The translations under genes were made by a program, and so were the position numbers. A stretch of DNA of 61,594 nucleotides, taken from IMG/VR virus record IMGVR_UViG_3300023440_000006, positions 1-61,594 of that record. The stretch is one strand, 5' to 3'. Under the pieces are notes generated by a model. It had not been told where the DNA came from. It did not search any database and saw only the letters and a list, made by a program, of their open reading frames with translations. Shown here in pieces: positions 1-8,181 of this stretch. Positions within the stretch are counted from its first letter, which is position 1. Each line of letters starts with the position of its first letter. The DNA comes from a virus. Lineage: Duplodnaviria > Caudoviricetes.

Positions 1-2
1 AT

Positions 3-728
3 TATGTTTCAATAGGGGAGTTTTATTTTGATTTTAACCATAAAGCAACTCAGCTGACTGATGATATTCAGATTATAAATTTCTTAAATAGATTAAATGC
101 TGGAAGTATTATAAATAATATCATTAATTCAAGATATATTGGCCATAATTATAAGATTAGTCTTATCAACTTGAACATGAGCGCTCGACAGTGGAGAGAT
201 AGTTCTAGTATCTTATTTCTCACTAAAGAGGAAAAAGAGGCTTTGGAGACTGTACTTAAACTAACGCTAAAGATTACTACTTCTCTACCTCGATTTTCTT
301 GGAAGAAAGAAATAGATGAAGTTTTAAATTCTGGAAAAGTAGAAATTTCTAACCTTTACACCTCTGAATCTCCACAGGGCCAGCGTTACCGCTATATGTG
401 TGATGAGTGGGCCAATAGGTTTTCTCAAGATTTTGAGTTCTTGAAGCTTGTTTACAATGGTCGTAAAAAGATCACTCGCAGCCGCCGTGTAACTTACAAG
501 ATTCTTGAAGATGTTGCTGAACAAATGTTAAACAATGAAGTGCCTAAGCTTGATGCTTATCAAGAGTTCAGAGCGGTAAAAACTCAAGTAGATAATGCGC
601 TTACACGTATTACTCGTATCCTGATTGATCAAGAACCACTTCAGTCACAAACTCAAGATTTGGATATTTTTATTTCTAAAACATCTAGTCTTAATGAAGA
701 TCTTGTAAACCCATTAAATCTTGATTGA
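3..728 (+). CDS. hypothetical protein, 5'-truncated by the window edge
   Basis: The frame of ORF 171..728 stays open back to base 3, so the true start lies upstream. No motif recognised. Confidence 0.7.
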   Translation, partial: YVSIGEFYFDFNHKATQLTDDIQIINFLNRLNAGSIINNIINSRYIGHNYKISLINLNMSARQWRDSSSILFLTKEEKEALETVLKLTLKITTSLPRFSWKKEIDEVLNSGKVEISNLYTSESPQGQRYRYMCDEWANRFSQDFEFLKLVYNGRKKITRSRRVTYKILEDVAEQMLNNEVPKLDAYQEFRAVKTQVDNALTRITRILIDQEPLQSQTQDLDIFISKTSSLNEDLVNPLNLD

Positions 729-754
729 CCTTCTCCAGAGATAAGTGGTATCCT
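725..754 (+). promoter_or_regulatory. possible sigma70-type promoter for clpP
   Basis: TTGACC-18 nt-TATCCT with TG just upstream of the -10; GGAGG SD at about 774-778. Confidence 0.3.
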
Positions 755-782
755 TAATATGCTATAAGACTCTGGAGGATAT

Positions 783-1490
783 ATGAGTGACGAAATTGTT
801 ATGGAAACTAACACTGGAGATGATGAAGAGTCTACCAGCTATCAAGAAGAACGGGCAATTTTGTTCCTCAGTGGTGATATTGAGCGAAGCCATTTAGAAA
901 TCTGTGGAGCACTTTTAAATTGGCACTACACAGATGGATTTAATGAACCAATTTATCTCATTATTAACAGTAACGGTGGGGACTGTAGTATTGGATGGTC
1001 CATCATTGATATGATGAACTATGTTAGATTACCAATTTATACAATAGCAATTGGTATTGTAGCGTCTATGGCAGCTGATATTTTTGCCAATGGTGACCAT
1101 CGAACCATTGGAGAGCATGCTAGTCTTATGATCCATCCTCACTCTGCTGTTCGTTTTGGATCTCACTCCCAGCTTGTTGCACATGCTAGAGCAGATGATC
1201 TTGAACATAATAGGCGTCTTGCTCATTACGCAAACAACTCTAAATATAACACAGTTAAAGATGTTCAAGAGAACCTCTTTAATACCATGGGTGATGATCT
1301 ATGGCTCTCTCCTGATGAGGCATTAGAGCATGGGATTTGTGATGAAATTGCAAGAACCGACAAATCTAAACGACGCAAAGCGTTTGGATTCGTACCTAAG
1401 GGGCATGGAGAGATTAGTAAACATCCTGCAAGACGTAGAAGTAGTACCGGAAGAGGGGTTAAGCGAAAATCCATTCATAAGAGAACCTGA
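783..1490 (+). CDS. clpP: ClpP-family serine protease
   Basis: INSNGG, catalytic Ser in VASMAA, His in LMIHPH, Asp in GDDLWLSPDEALEHGICDEI. Confidence 0.88.
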   Translation: MSDEIVMETNTGDDEESTSYQEERAILFLSGDIERSHLEICGALLNWHYTDGFNEPIYLIINSNGGDCSIGWSIIDMMNYVRLPIYTIAIGIVASMAADIFANGDHRTIGEHASLMIHPHSAVRFGSHSQLVAHARADDLEHNRRLAHYANNSKYNTVKDVQENLFNTMGDDLWLSPDEALEHGICDEIARTDKSKRRKAFGFVPKGHGEISKHPARRRSSTGRGVKRKSIHKRT

Positions 1491-1773
1491 TCTCTTATCA
1501 CTACTATTGGCTACAATACAACATATGCCTGAATGGGAGTTAAAACAATTAGATACTAATGGTGATTCATGGCATGCGGTGAAGAAGCCAAGCACTGATG
1601 ATTTAGAAGTTAAAGCTTCTAATCAAAAAGCTGTAAACGGCGTGACGCTTATAGACTTGCTTTATTGGTTACTCTCGCACAACTTCATTGAGTCTCTGCA
1701 GTCAAATATTGATATAATAGAGGAAGAATTTCCCAATCTTGGTATTTCTTTATCATTGTATCTTGAGCCATAA
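1405..1773 (+). CDS. hypothetical protein
   Basis: ATG at 1405 preceded by TAAGGGG; overlaps the 3' end of clpP. Confidence 0.6.
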   Translation: MERLVNILQDVEVVPEEGLSENPFIREPDLLSLLLATIQHMPEWELKQLDTNGDSWHAVKKPSTDDLEVKASNQKAVNGVTLIDLLYWLLSHNFIESLQSNIDIIEEEFPNLGISLSLYLEP

Positions 1774-2020
1774 AATCTAAAATTGCTGTGAGCTTATATA
1801 GCTTAGTCTTTATATGAGAATACAGAAGACAAATAAATCAAACATTTAAATTGTTAATATAATACAGTTAAATGATATAAATATTTTGTAATTTTATCTT
1901 AGTTATTTTTTTATTGCATTTTATAAATTGGAATTAAGATTACGTATTACAAATAGCAATTCTTAGCAAGAAGATTAGGACTAGATATTTTTTTCTTAGC
2001 GAAGATTGCATAGGTTAGAA

Positions 2021-2365
2021 ATGGAAGAAGAAACCATAGAGCCATCTCCAGTCTGTGAAGATGAAGAACGGGAGAAGGCAAATGAAACGCTTCAAGAATT
2101 GATTGAAGTTTTTAATAGACGAAAACTACGTGTCCAAGATATCGTTGTTGTTTATGGTAATTTGGGTTATGCACTCGGCGCCTCAATCGAAGGTGTTAAA
2201 GACGGTCAAGGACCAACTATCGATGAGTTACAACAACGCTACTACTCAGAGCCAACATTGGGCGTTAGTCTAATGTTACAAGGATATCTTGTCACATCTT
2301 GGCATGATCAGGTTAGTAAAGGTTTAACGATAGACTCATTAAAGGAGACCAAAAAAGATGTCTAA
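2021..2365 (+). CDS. hypothetical protein
   Basis: ORF track 2006..2365; ATG at 2021 more likely; overlaps the start of the next gene. Confidence 0.7.
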   Translation: MEEETIEPSPVCEDEEREKANETLQELIEVFNRRKLRVQDIVVVYGNLGYALGASIEGVKDGQGPTIDELQQRYYSEPTLGVSLMLQGYLVTSWHDQVSKGLTIDSLKETKKDV

Positions 2366-2891
2366 TAAGAGACCATTACAATATGCAATTTATAAGGGTA
2401 TAGGTGGCAAGTTCGGTGCATTGCAATTTAACTTCCAGAGCCCTCATTACTATAGAGACAAGGAAAAGGATTTTACTGGCCATACTGCCCTTGATGAAAG
2501 GGGTAAGTTGCGTGATGGCTGGCGCCAAAGAGAGGGCGCAGTTTTTATTGAAGCTGCCTCTGCTATTGGAAAGAATCTATATGATTGGGAGAATAAGATC
2601 ACTTTTGCCTGTTCTGTAAGTGATATGGGCAAATTGATACACTCCCTAACTACCGGCACAGAGTTAGATATTATGCATGATCCAGGTGCCAAGACAGATA
2701 GAGAAGGTGCTACCCGTAAGCACGTGAAGCTCTATACCAAGGATGGTATTGCTAAAGCTGGCTGTATGCTTACTGTTACAGAGCAGACTCGTGAAGATAA
2801 GAAGGAGCATAAGGTTCCTGTGTCTCCAGATGAATGCATTGTCCTCCGACAGCTATTACTTCATGCCGTATCTAGGGCATTAGCTTGGTGA
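2358..2891 (+). CDS. Whirly-family ssDNA-binding protein
   Basis: IYKG..GAL, EG.VFIEAA.A.G...YDW.NK.TF..SV.DMG, HDP....EG..RK, VPVS.DE..VL and a terminal W, in the order seen in plant Whirly proteins. Confidence 0.78.
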   Translation: MSNKRPLQYAIYKGIGGKFGALQFNFQSPHYYRDKEKDFTGHTALDERGKLRDGWRQREGAVFIEAASAIGKNLYDWENKITFACSVSDMGKLIHSLTTGTELDIMHDPGAKTDREGATRKHVKLYTKDGIAKAGCMLTVTEQTREDKKEHKVPVSPDECIVLRQLLLHAVSRALAW

Positions 2892-2894
2892 ATT

Positions 2895-3566
2895 ATGACT
2901 CATGAAGCTTCCAATAAGGAAACCTGTGGGCTTAATGAGACTATTGAAGAAACCCAAGAGCGTCTGCGACTAGCTTATGGCTTAGTTGCAGACTTAATTG
3001 CTACAAGGAGAGAGGATCTTCCAGTATCAGTTCTGAAAGGCCTTAAAACTATTAGAGATGTTTTAGATATAGAACAATATATGTTAGATGAGGTGAGAGA
3101 GATTCTTAAGCCAGTTAGCTCTGAAGATCAAGATAAGATCATCATTTCCTGTGATGCATCTATTACTAGGAACCCAGGAGGGAGAGTGGCTGTGGGCGTC
3201 GTTATTCGATTTCCTCCTGAAGATAAACTTGATCCTATCAAACTAGCTAGGTGTACTCCATCTTCGACAAACAATGAAGGAGAGTATGATGCTGTATACG
3301 AAGGATTGGTACACCTATTCAATACACATAATCGACCAAAACATGAAGTCGTTATAAGGTCAGATAGTAAGCTGGTAGTTAATCAGCTACTTGGAGAATG
3401 GAACATCAACAATGATACGCTACAAAGGAAGTGTGATTCAATTCACGAACTTGTAGCTAATGGACCCGTTCCGGTTCAGATTGAGTGGAAGCCACGAAAC
3501 TCAACCCCCGACCTCACTGAAGCCAACTTCCTAGCACAGGATGAGCTAGGAGTGAGAAGACATTAA
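2895..3566 (+). CDS. rnhA: ribonuclease HI with N-terminal helical extension
   Basis: CDAS..RNPG, TNNEGEY, RSDSKLVVNQ..GEW, W.PR..., the RNase HI catalytic motifs. Confidence 0.85.
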   Translation: MTHEASNKETCGLNETIEETQERLRLAYGLVADLIATRREDLPVSVLKGLKTIRDVLDIEQYMLDEVREILKPVSSEDQDKIIISCDASITRNPGGRVAVGVVIRFPPEDKLDPIKLARCTPSSTNNEGEYDAVYEGLVHLFNTHNRPKHEVVIRSDSKLVVNQLLGEWNINNDTLQRKCDSIHELVANGPVPVQIEWKPRNSTPDLTEANFLAQDELGVRRH

Positions 3567-3571
3567 GATTA

Positions 3572-3616
3572 AAATATCTGCGATTATAGTTTCAGCATTC
3601 ATTATCGCAGGTATTT
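3572..3616 (+). promoter_or_regulatory. intergenic inverted repeat (terminator or translational operator)
   Basis: AAATATCTGCGAT ... ATCGCAGGTATTT, a 13-bp stem with one G-U pair, between rnhA and the ssb-like gene. Confidence 0.5.
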
Positions 3617-3640
3617 ATTCATTTATCTTTAGGAGACAAT

Positions 3641-3985
3641 ATGTGGGCAATTCATGGAATGATGGCCATTCCTGGCGATCCTCAGGTGCAGGTATCCTCA
3701 CCTACCGGAACCAATAAGGGTAAATTTATCAACTTTAAAGCTGTCACTGAAGGTAGAAAGCAGGGCCAAGACGCTACATACCAATACTGGCATTGTGCCA
3801 TGTGGGTACCTGAAGATAAGGTAGATTATTGGGTAGACCAACTTAAACCAGGCCATGTATTCATCATTGAACATGCATATTGCACTAGTTATCCTGTGCA
3901 AGATGGCAAATACCACAACACTCTTGTTCGTCTCGAGCATCAAAAGGTTAAAAGATTACAAAAAGCTATGTGGGCAAAGGAATAG
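3641..3985 (+). CDS. ssb: SSB-like OB-fold protein lacking an acidic tail
   Basis: G..DP...G..FINF.AV......TYQYWHC.MW....LKPG..F.IE pattern typical of SSB; AGGAG SD. Confidence 0.6.
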   Translation: MWAIHGMMAIPGDPQVQVSSPTGTNKGKFINFKAVTEGRKQGQDATYQYWHCAMWVPEDKVDYWVDQLKPGHVFIIEHAYCTSYPVQDGKYHNTLVRLEHQKVKRLQKAMWAKE

Positions 3986-3987
3986 AT

Positions 3988-4506
3988 ATGTCATTCGAGA
4001 AAGACTTTGAGAATTATATTACTGAAGAAGATGAGCTAGCACCTGAAGATGTATTTCAGATGGTCACTATCATGCCGAAACGCAAGATCAAGATGACTGC
4101 ACATCTGGAAGATAAAGATGGTCAAAAGATTACATTGGCTACTATTGCCACTAATCTTAAGAACTACATTGATGGACACATGGAGAATGTTGAAGATACT
4201 CCAGTTAACACTCAGCTATTCCCCCTTATCAATCAGATGATGGTATCCGCTATCCCACGCCATGTGGGGTTGCAACTTTCTAGCTTCTTGTTCGCTGCTC
4301 GAGGCAGTAGGCAGGCTATCTCAGTTTTCGGACTTCAGATCGCATTGCTAATGCGTTATATTCAGCAACATGAACTAAAAATTGTTACTGAACAAGTCAA
4401 GATCTCAGATAAGGAACTTGAGGATTATCTCTCTAAAGAAGCTGAAGCTAATTCTAGACTACGGAATGCAATTATGGGAGAAGATGATGACCCATCAGGG
4501 TTATAA
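3988..4506 (+). CDS. hypothetical protein
   Basis: Open ORF with AAGGA SD; tightly packed. Confidence 0.7.
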   Translation: MSFEKDFENYITEEDELAPEDVFQMVTIMPKRKIKMTAHLEDKDGQKITLATIATNLKNYIDGHMENVEDTPVNTQLFPLINQMMVSAIPRHVGLQLSSFLFAARGSRQAISVFGLQIALLMRYIQQHELKIVTEQVKISDKELEDYLSKEAEANSRLRNAIMGEDDDPSGL

Positions 4507-5152
4507 CCGAGAAGATATTGAAAGGGAACTTGAGAAATATAAAATTCCTAATCGTGGAATACATGCTCGTATTCCTGAGATGGTCATTCAGATTATTCCA
4601 ACAGATTTTAATGGAACTTATTGGGATATTGGATCAGATATTAGTGAAGTACGAAGGCAGGACGTCTACCGGTTTCTATATTACGCATCCCAGGCTTATA
4701 AAAAAACAGATCCATTAGCTAGCTATGCTCTACCATTAACTTTTCATGAGGTTGAATTAGAGCTAAGTGAAAGGGGTAAGCCTCAACAGCTTGAGATTTT
4801 TATTCAGCTCAATCTGCATAAATGCAAAGCAAGTCCCTTTCTTGTTCAATTAATTAATAAATACAAAACCACTAAGTTTAGCTTAGGGTTTGTACCCTAT
4901 CATGCTGATGAATTAAGAATACTTAAAAATCTATCTATATTTAGAAAAGGTGCATTAAGTACTATTTTTTTTAATAAAAAGAAACTCCTTAGACTTAAGG
5001 TAGATATTCCATATCTAAAAAAACTTGCAGATGATGAGATGGCGTTGTTTCTTGATCAGGATATAGACTCAAAGAGTAAGCATCTTGATAGTGATGAGCA
5101 AAATATTATAAAGCATACAACTAATGCTGAATTATTGGAGCTGGAACTATGA
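4484..5152 (+). CDS. hypothetical protein
   Basis: ORF track 4382..5152; ATG 4484 has a GGGAG SD. Confidence 0.65.
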   Translation: MMTHQGYNREDIERELEKYKIPNRGIHARIPEMVIQIIPTDFNGTYWDIGSDISEVRRQDVYRFLYYASQAYKKTDPLASYALPLTFHEVELELSERGKPQQLEIFIQLNLHKCKASPFLVQLINKYKTTKFSLGFVPYHADELRILKNLSIFRKGALSTIFFNKKKLLRLKVDIPYLKKLADDEMALFLDQDIDSKSKHLDSDEQNIIKHTTNAELLELEL

Positions 5153-5733
5153 TTCAAGCGTTTGTCTGGAAAGCAGATACAGAAGATATCTCTCTCGTGA
5201 GAAATCTAATTAAGGCTTCTTTCGATCCAGACTCCTCTTTAAATGATCCGATTTGTGATATTCAAGATTTATCCCTGAATAAGCCAGAGATTCAAGACGA
5301 AGCTACATTGCTCGCATTTGGTATTCGCTGTTTCAATATAGTTTCATCATCTACTAATCAAAAAGTACACCAACTAACTACTCCTAAAAAACTAAAGAAC
5401 ACACCTGCTAATAAAAAGAATAGATTAGAAGCTTTTCAATTCCTTAAAAAAATCCATGAAAATAAGATTGAAATTAAAGATCTTACATTAACAGATAAGG
5501 ATCTTGAAAAGATATTGATACAACAACTTAAATCCTTGCAAGATACTTTGATTAAGAAGGGTCAGGAAGTTTGGAGAGGTACAACAGCGACCGGAAGAAC
5601 TATTGCAATTACACTTAAACCTGACACACAAATTAATAACTGTGAAATTGTTATGACTTTCGAAGAAGTCTTCGCTGCTAAATATGCCGTTGAGGCCCTG
5701 GGCGTTGACTCACTCACTATAGTAGGAAAATAA
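5149..5733 (+). CDS. hypothetical protein
   Basis: ATGA overlap with the previous gene. Confidence 0.7.
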   Translation: MIQAFVWKADTEDISLVRNLIKASFDPDSSLNDPICDIQDLSLNKPEIQDEATLLAFGIRCFNIVSSSTNQKVHQLTTPKKLKNTPANKKNRLEAFQFLKKIHENKIEIKDLTLTDKDLEKILIQQLKSLQDTLIKKGQEVWRGTTATGRTIAITLKPDTQINNCEIVMTFEEVFAAKYAVEALGVDSLTIVGK

Positions 5734-5734
5734 G

Positions 5735-7471
5735 ATGTCAAATTATAATAATTCAATGGAAGAGATTGAGGTAGCAGTGAAGTCGCTTAGCCCATTTGTT
5801 TGGGTTAGGACTCATGAAGAACAACGATTCATTCTAGACTTCTCAGCAAAGATGAAAGAAAGTGGGCGAGATGTATTCATCTGGTCCATCTATCAGGGTA
5901 TTGTTAGTCAGACGAATGTTATGACTGGTGAGCGCGCCACTGGTGCAATGCAGGATACTCTGCAAGTAGATAAAGCTCTTAATAAGATCATTAACATGCA
6001 GCCTGCTGAGAATCAGCGCGGTGTCGTTGTTATTATGCGTGACCCAATGATGATCCTTCAGGGTCCTGTTGTGCGTCAGCTTCGTGATTGCTACGTTCGA
6101 CTGAAGAAGTTTAGGGTTACAATTCTATTTCTTTCTGCACAGTTAGGTCATGGCCCAGGAGGAAAGAACTCGGGCCTTCCACCTACAATGGACAAGCAAA
6201 TTGTTGTTTGCGATTACGATTTGCCTAATATCAATCAGATCAACAAAATGATTCGTGAACTTATTCGGCAGACTGCACGGATAAATAATCCGAGTCCAAA
6301 AATCTCTAAGACTGAGCAAGAGCGCCTTGAAAAGCAATTAGAGAAACTAAAGTTTTCTAAAGAAGAGTATCATGAGTTTTCCAGAGCTCTTCAAGGTCTA
6401 ACTCATACTGAGGTAGATGTCGCTGTTTCTAGCTGTCTTCATCATATGAAAACTCTAGATATCAACTTCCTGCTTAATGCTAAGAAGCAGATTATCTCGA
6501 AGTCTGATATTCTTGAGTACCTCGACCATACTAAAACAATATCTGATATTGGTGGTATGGATCTAGCTAAGGATTTCTTTGAAGACTACACTGAGAATAA
6601 TACAGCTGAAGCTAAGGCATTTGGTGCTGAGCCACTTAAGGCTGTGCTTCTCGTTGGTATTCCTGGCTGTGGTAAGTCTCAGATGTGTAAAGCCGTAGCA
6701 TCTATGTGGAAGAATCCACTTCTACGCATGGATGTGGGCAAGGTTATGACCGGTCTTGTTGGTGGTTCCGAGTCTCGTATGCGTGAAGCCATCAAGCAAG
6801 TTGAAGCAGTTGCACCTTGTGTGCTTTGGATCGATGAGGTTGAAAAGGCTTTGTCTGGCACTAAGTCATCGAACTTTAGCGATGGTGGTACTATGGCTCG
6901 CGTATTTGGTACTCTGTTAACTGCCATGGAAGAAGGTCTTAAAGATGTAACTATTCTAGCTACAGCCAACGACCTGAGTGCTATGCCACCTGAGTTCCTC
7001 CGTCGTTTTGATGAGATCTTCTTTGTAGATCTTCCTGGTCCTGCAGAGCGTGAAGAGATTTTTAAGATTCATCTTCGCCTTAAGGGTTTCGAAGATTCTG
7101 AACTAGACATGGAGTCTCTTGTTAAAAAGTCAGAGAATTACACTGGTCACGAGATCGAAAAGGCAATTAAGAGGGGTATCACTAAGGCGTTTAGAACTGA
7201 TGATAAAAAGCTCACCACTGAGCTGATCGAAATGGCTCTAGATGATACAAAGCCCATCTATGATACAGCACATGAGAAGCTAATTAAGATGCGTGAAAAG
7301 GCGCAAAACAGATTCCGTTATGCCTCTTCCTGGGCAAGAGATCAGGGCAAGGAGTATGCCGCCAAGCAGAAGAAGATGGATGTAAAAGACATCGACCTTC
7401 CTGATATGACAACTAACAAACTATCCGCACCTGCTAAAACAGATTTGGATGGAGATCTAGAGCTAAATTAA
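5735..7471 (+). CDS. Ycf46-like AAA+ ATPase
   Basis: Walker A GIPGCGKS, Walker B VLWIDEVEK, ATAN...PPEFLRRFDEIFFVDLP, degenerate N-terminal AAA-like domain. Confidence 0.88.
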   Translation: MSNYNNSMEEIEVAVKSLSPFVWVRTHEEQRFILDFSAKMKESGRDVFIWSIYQGIVSQTNVMTGERATGAMQDTLQVDKALNKIINMQPAENQRGVVVIMRDPMMILQGPVVRQLRDCYVRLKKFRVTILFLSAQLGHGPGGKNSGLPPTMDKQIVVCDYDLPNINQINKMIRELIRQTARINNPSPKISKTEQERLEKQLEKLKFSKEEYHEFSRALQGLTHTEVDVAVSSCLHHMKTLDINFLLNAKKQIISKSDILEYLDHTKTISDIGGMDLAKDFFEDYTENNTAEAKAFGAEPLKAVLLVGIPGCGKSQMCKAVASMWKNPLLRMDVGKVMTGLVGGSESRMREAIKQVEAVAPCVLWIDEVEKALSGTKSSNFSDGGTMARVFGTLLTAMEEGLKDVTILATANDLSAMPPEFLRRFDEIFFVDLPGPAEREEIFKIHLRLKGFEDSELDMESLVKKSENYTGHEIEKAIKRGITKAFRTDDKKLTTELIEMALDDTKPIYDTAHEKLIKMREKAQNRFRYASSWARDQGKEYAAKQKKMDVKDIDLPDMTTNKLSAPAKTDLDGDLELN

Positions 7472-7488
7472 TTTTAAAGGAGATAAAT

Positions 7489-7902
7489 ATGAGCCATTGG
7501 ACCAAGGTAAAGTTAAAGATTACCAGCGAAGATGTTCTCGTAAAAGCCCTAAAGCGAATGGGCTGCGAGAATGTTCAAACTGGCGAACATCCTATTAACC
7601 AATACGGTGTTTCGGATACTGCCAACGTTTGGATTGATAATGCTGTTGGGTTTAAGAAAGAGAAAGATGGAAGTTATTCCATGATTGGAGACTTCTATCA
7701 CTCTAAAACCACTATGAGAAAGTATTATGGAAAAAATAATGAGTTTGAAGAGGACTTGAACGCAGCCTACGGTATCGAAGACGCTATTACCAAAATTGAT
7801 AGTCTTGGACTTGGTTTCTCACTTACTGGTAATGCTGAGTGTGAAGAGGATGAAGAAGGTATTATCCGACTTGAATTTACTACCTACAACGACATTGCGT
7901 AA
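7489..7902 (+). CDS. DUF1257/Ycf35-family protein
   Basis: MSHWTKVKLKI...LVKALKRMG N-terminus, VGF......Y..IGDF; expected position after a Ycf46 ATPase. Confidence 0.75.
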   Translation: MSHWTKVKLKITSEDVLVKALKRMGCENVQTGEHPINQYGVSDTANVWIDNAVGFKKEKDGSYSMIGDFYHSKTTMRKYYGKNNEFEEDLNAAYGIEDAITKIDSLGLGFSLTGNAECEEDEEGIIRLEFTTYNDIA

Positions 7903-7912
7903 GGAATAAAAG

Positions 7913-8101
7913 ATGATAAAAGTGCATGCAATTATTAACAAAAAGACTGGTCAGGTCGAATTCGAGGTAGAGGGTGTTGTCGGTGGACGTTGTACCGATA
8001 TCACTAAGGTTCTCCAACAGGGGCATGAGGTGCAGGAAGAGCAGTACACGGAGGAGTATTACACTCCAAGCGAACAGCCTGCCTATATCGAAGATCTCTA
8101 G
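7913..8101 (+). CDS. DUF2997-family protein
   Basis: I...G.V..EVEGVVG..C..IT......T.EYY, 62 aa. Confidence 0.75.
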   Translation: MIKVHAIINKKTGQVEFEVEGVVGGRCTDITKVLQQGHEVQEEQYTEEYYTPSEQPAYIEDL

Positions 8102-8124
8102 GTTATTCTAATTACCAAGACACG

Positions 8125-8166
8125 AGAGCCCAGTCTGTTGTTACACAGAATTGGGCTCTTTTTTTT
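8125..8166 (+). terminator. rho-independent terminator
   Basis: AGAGCCCAGTCTGT-loop-ACAGAATTGGGCTCT followed by a T run. Confidence 0.85.
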
Positions 8167-8181
8167 GAAACGAAAGATAGC

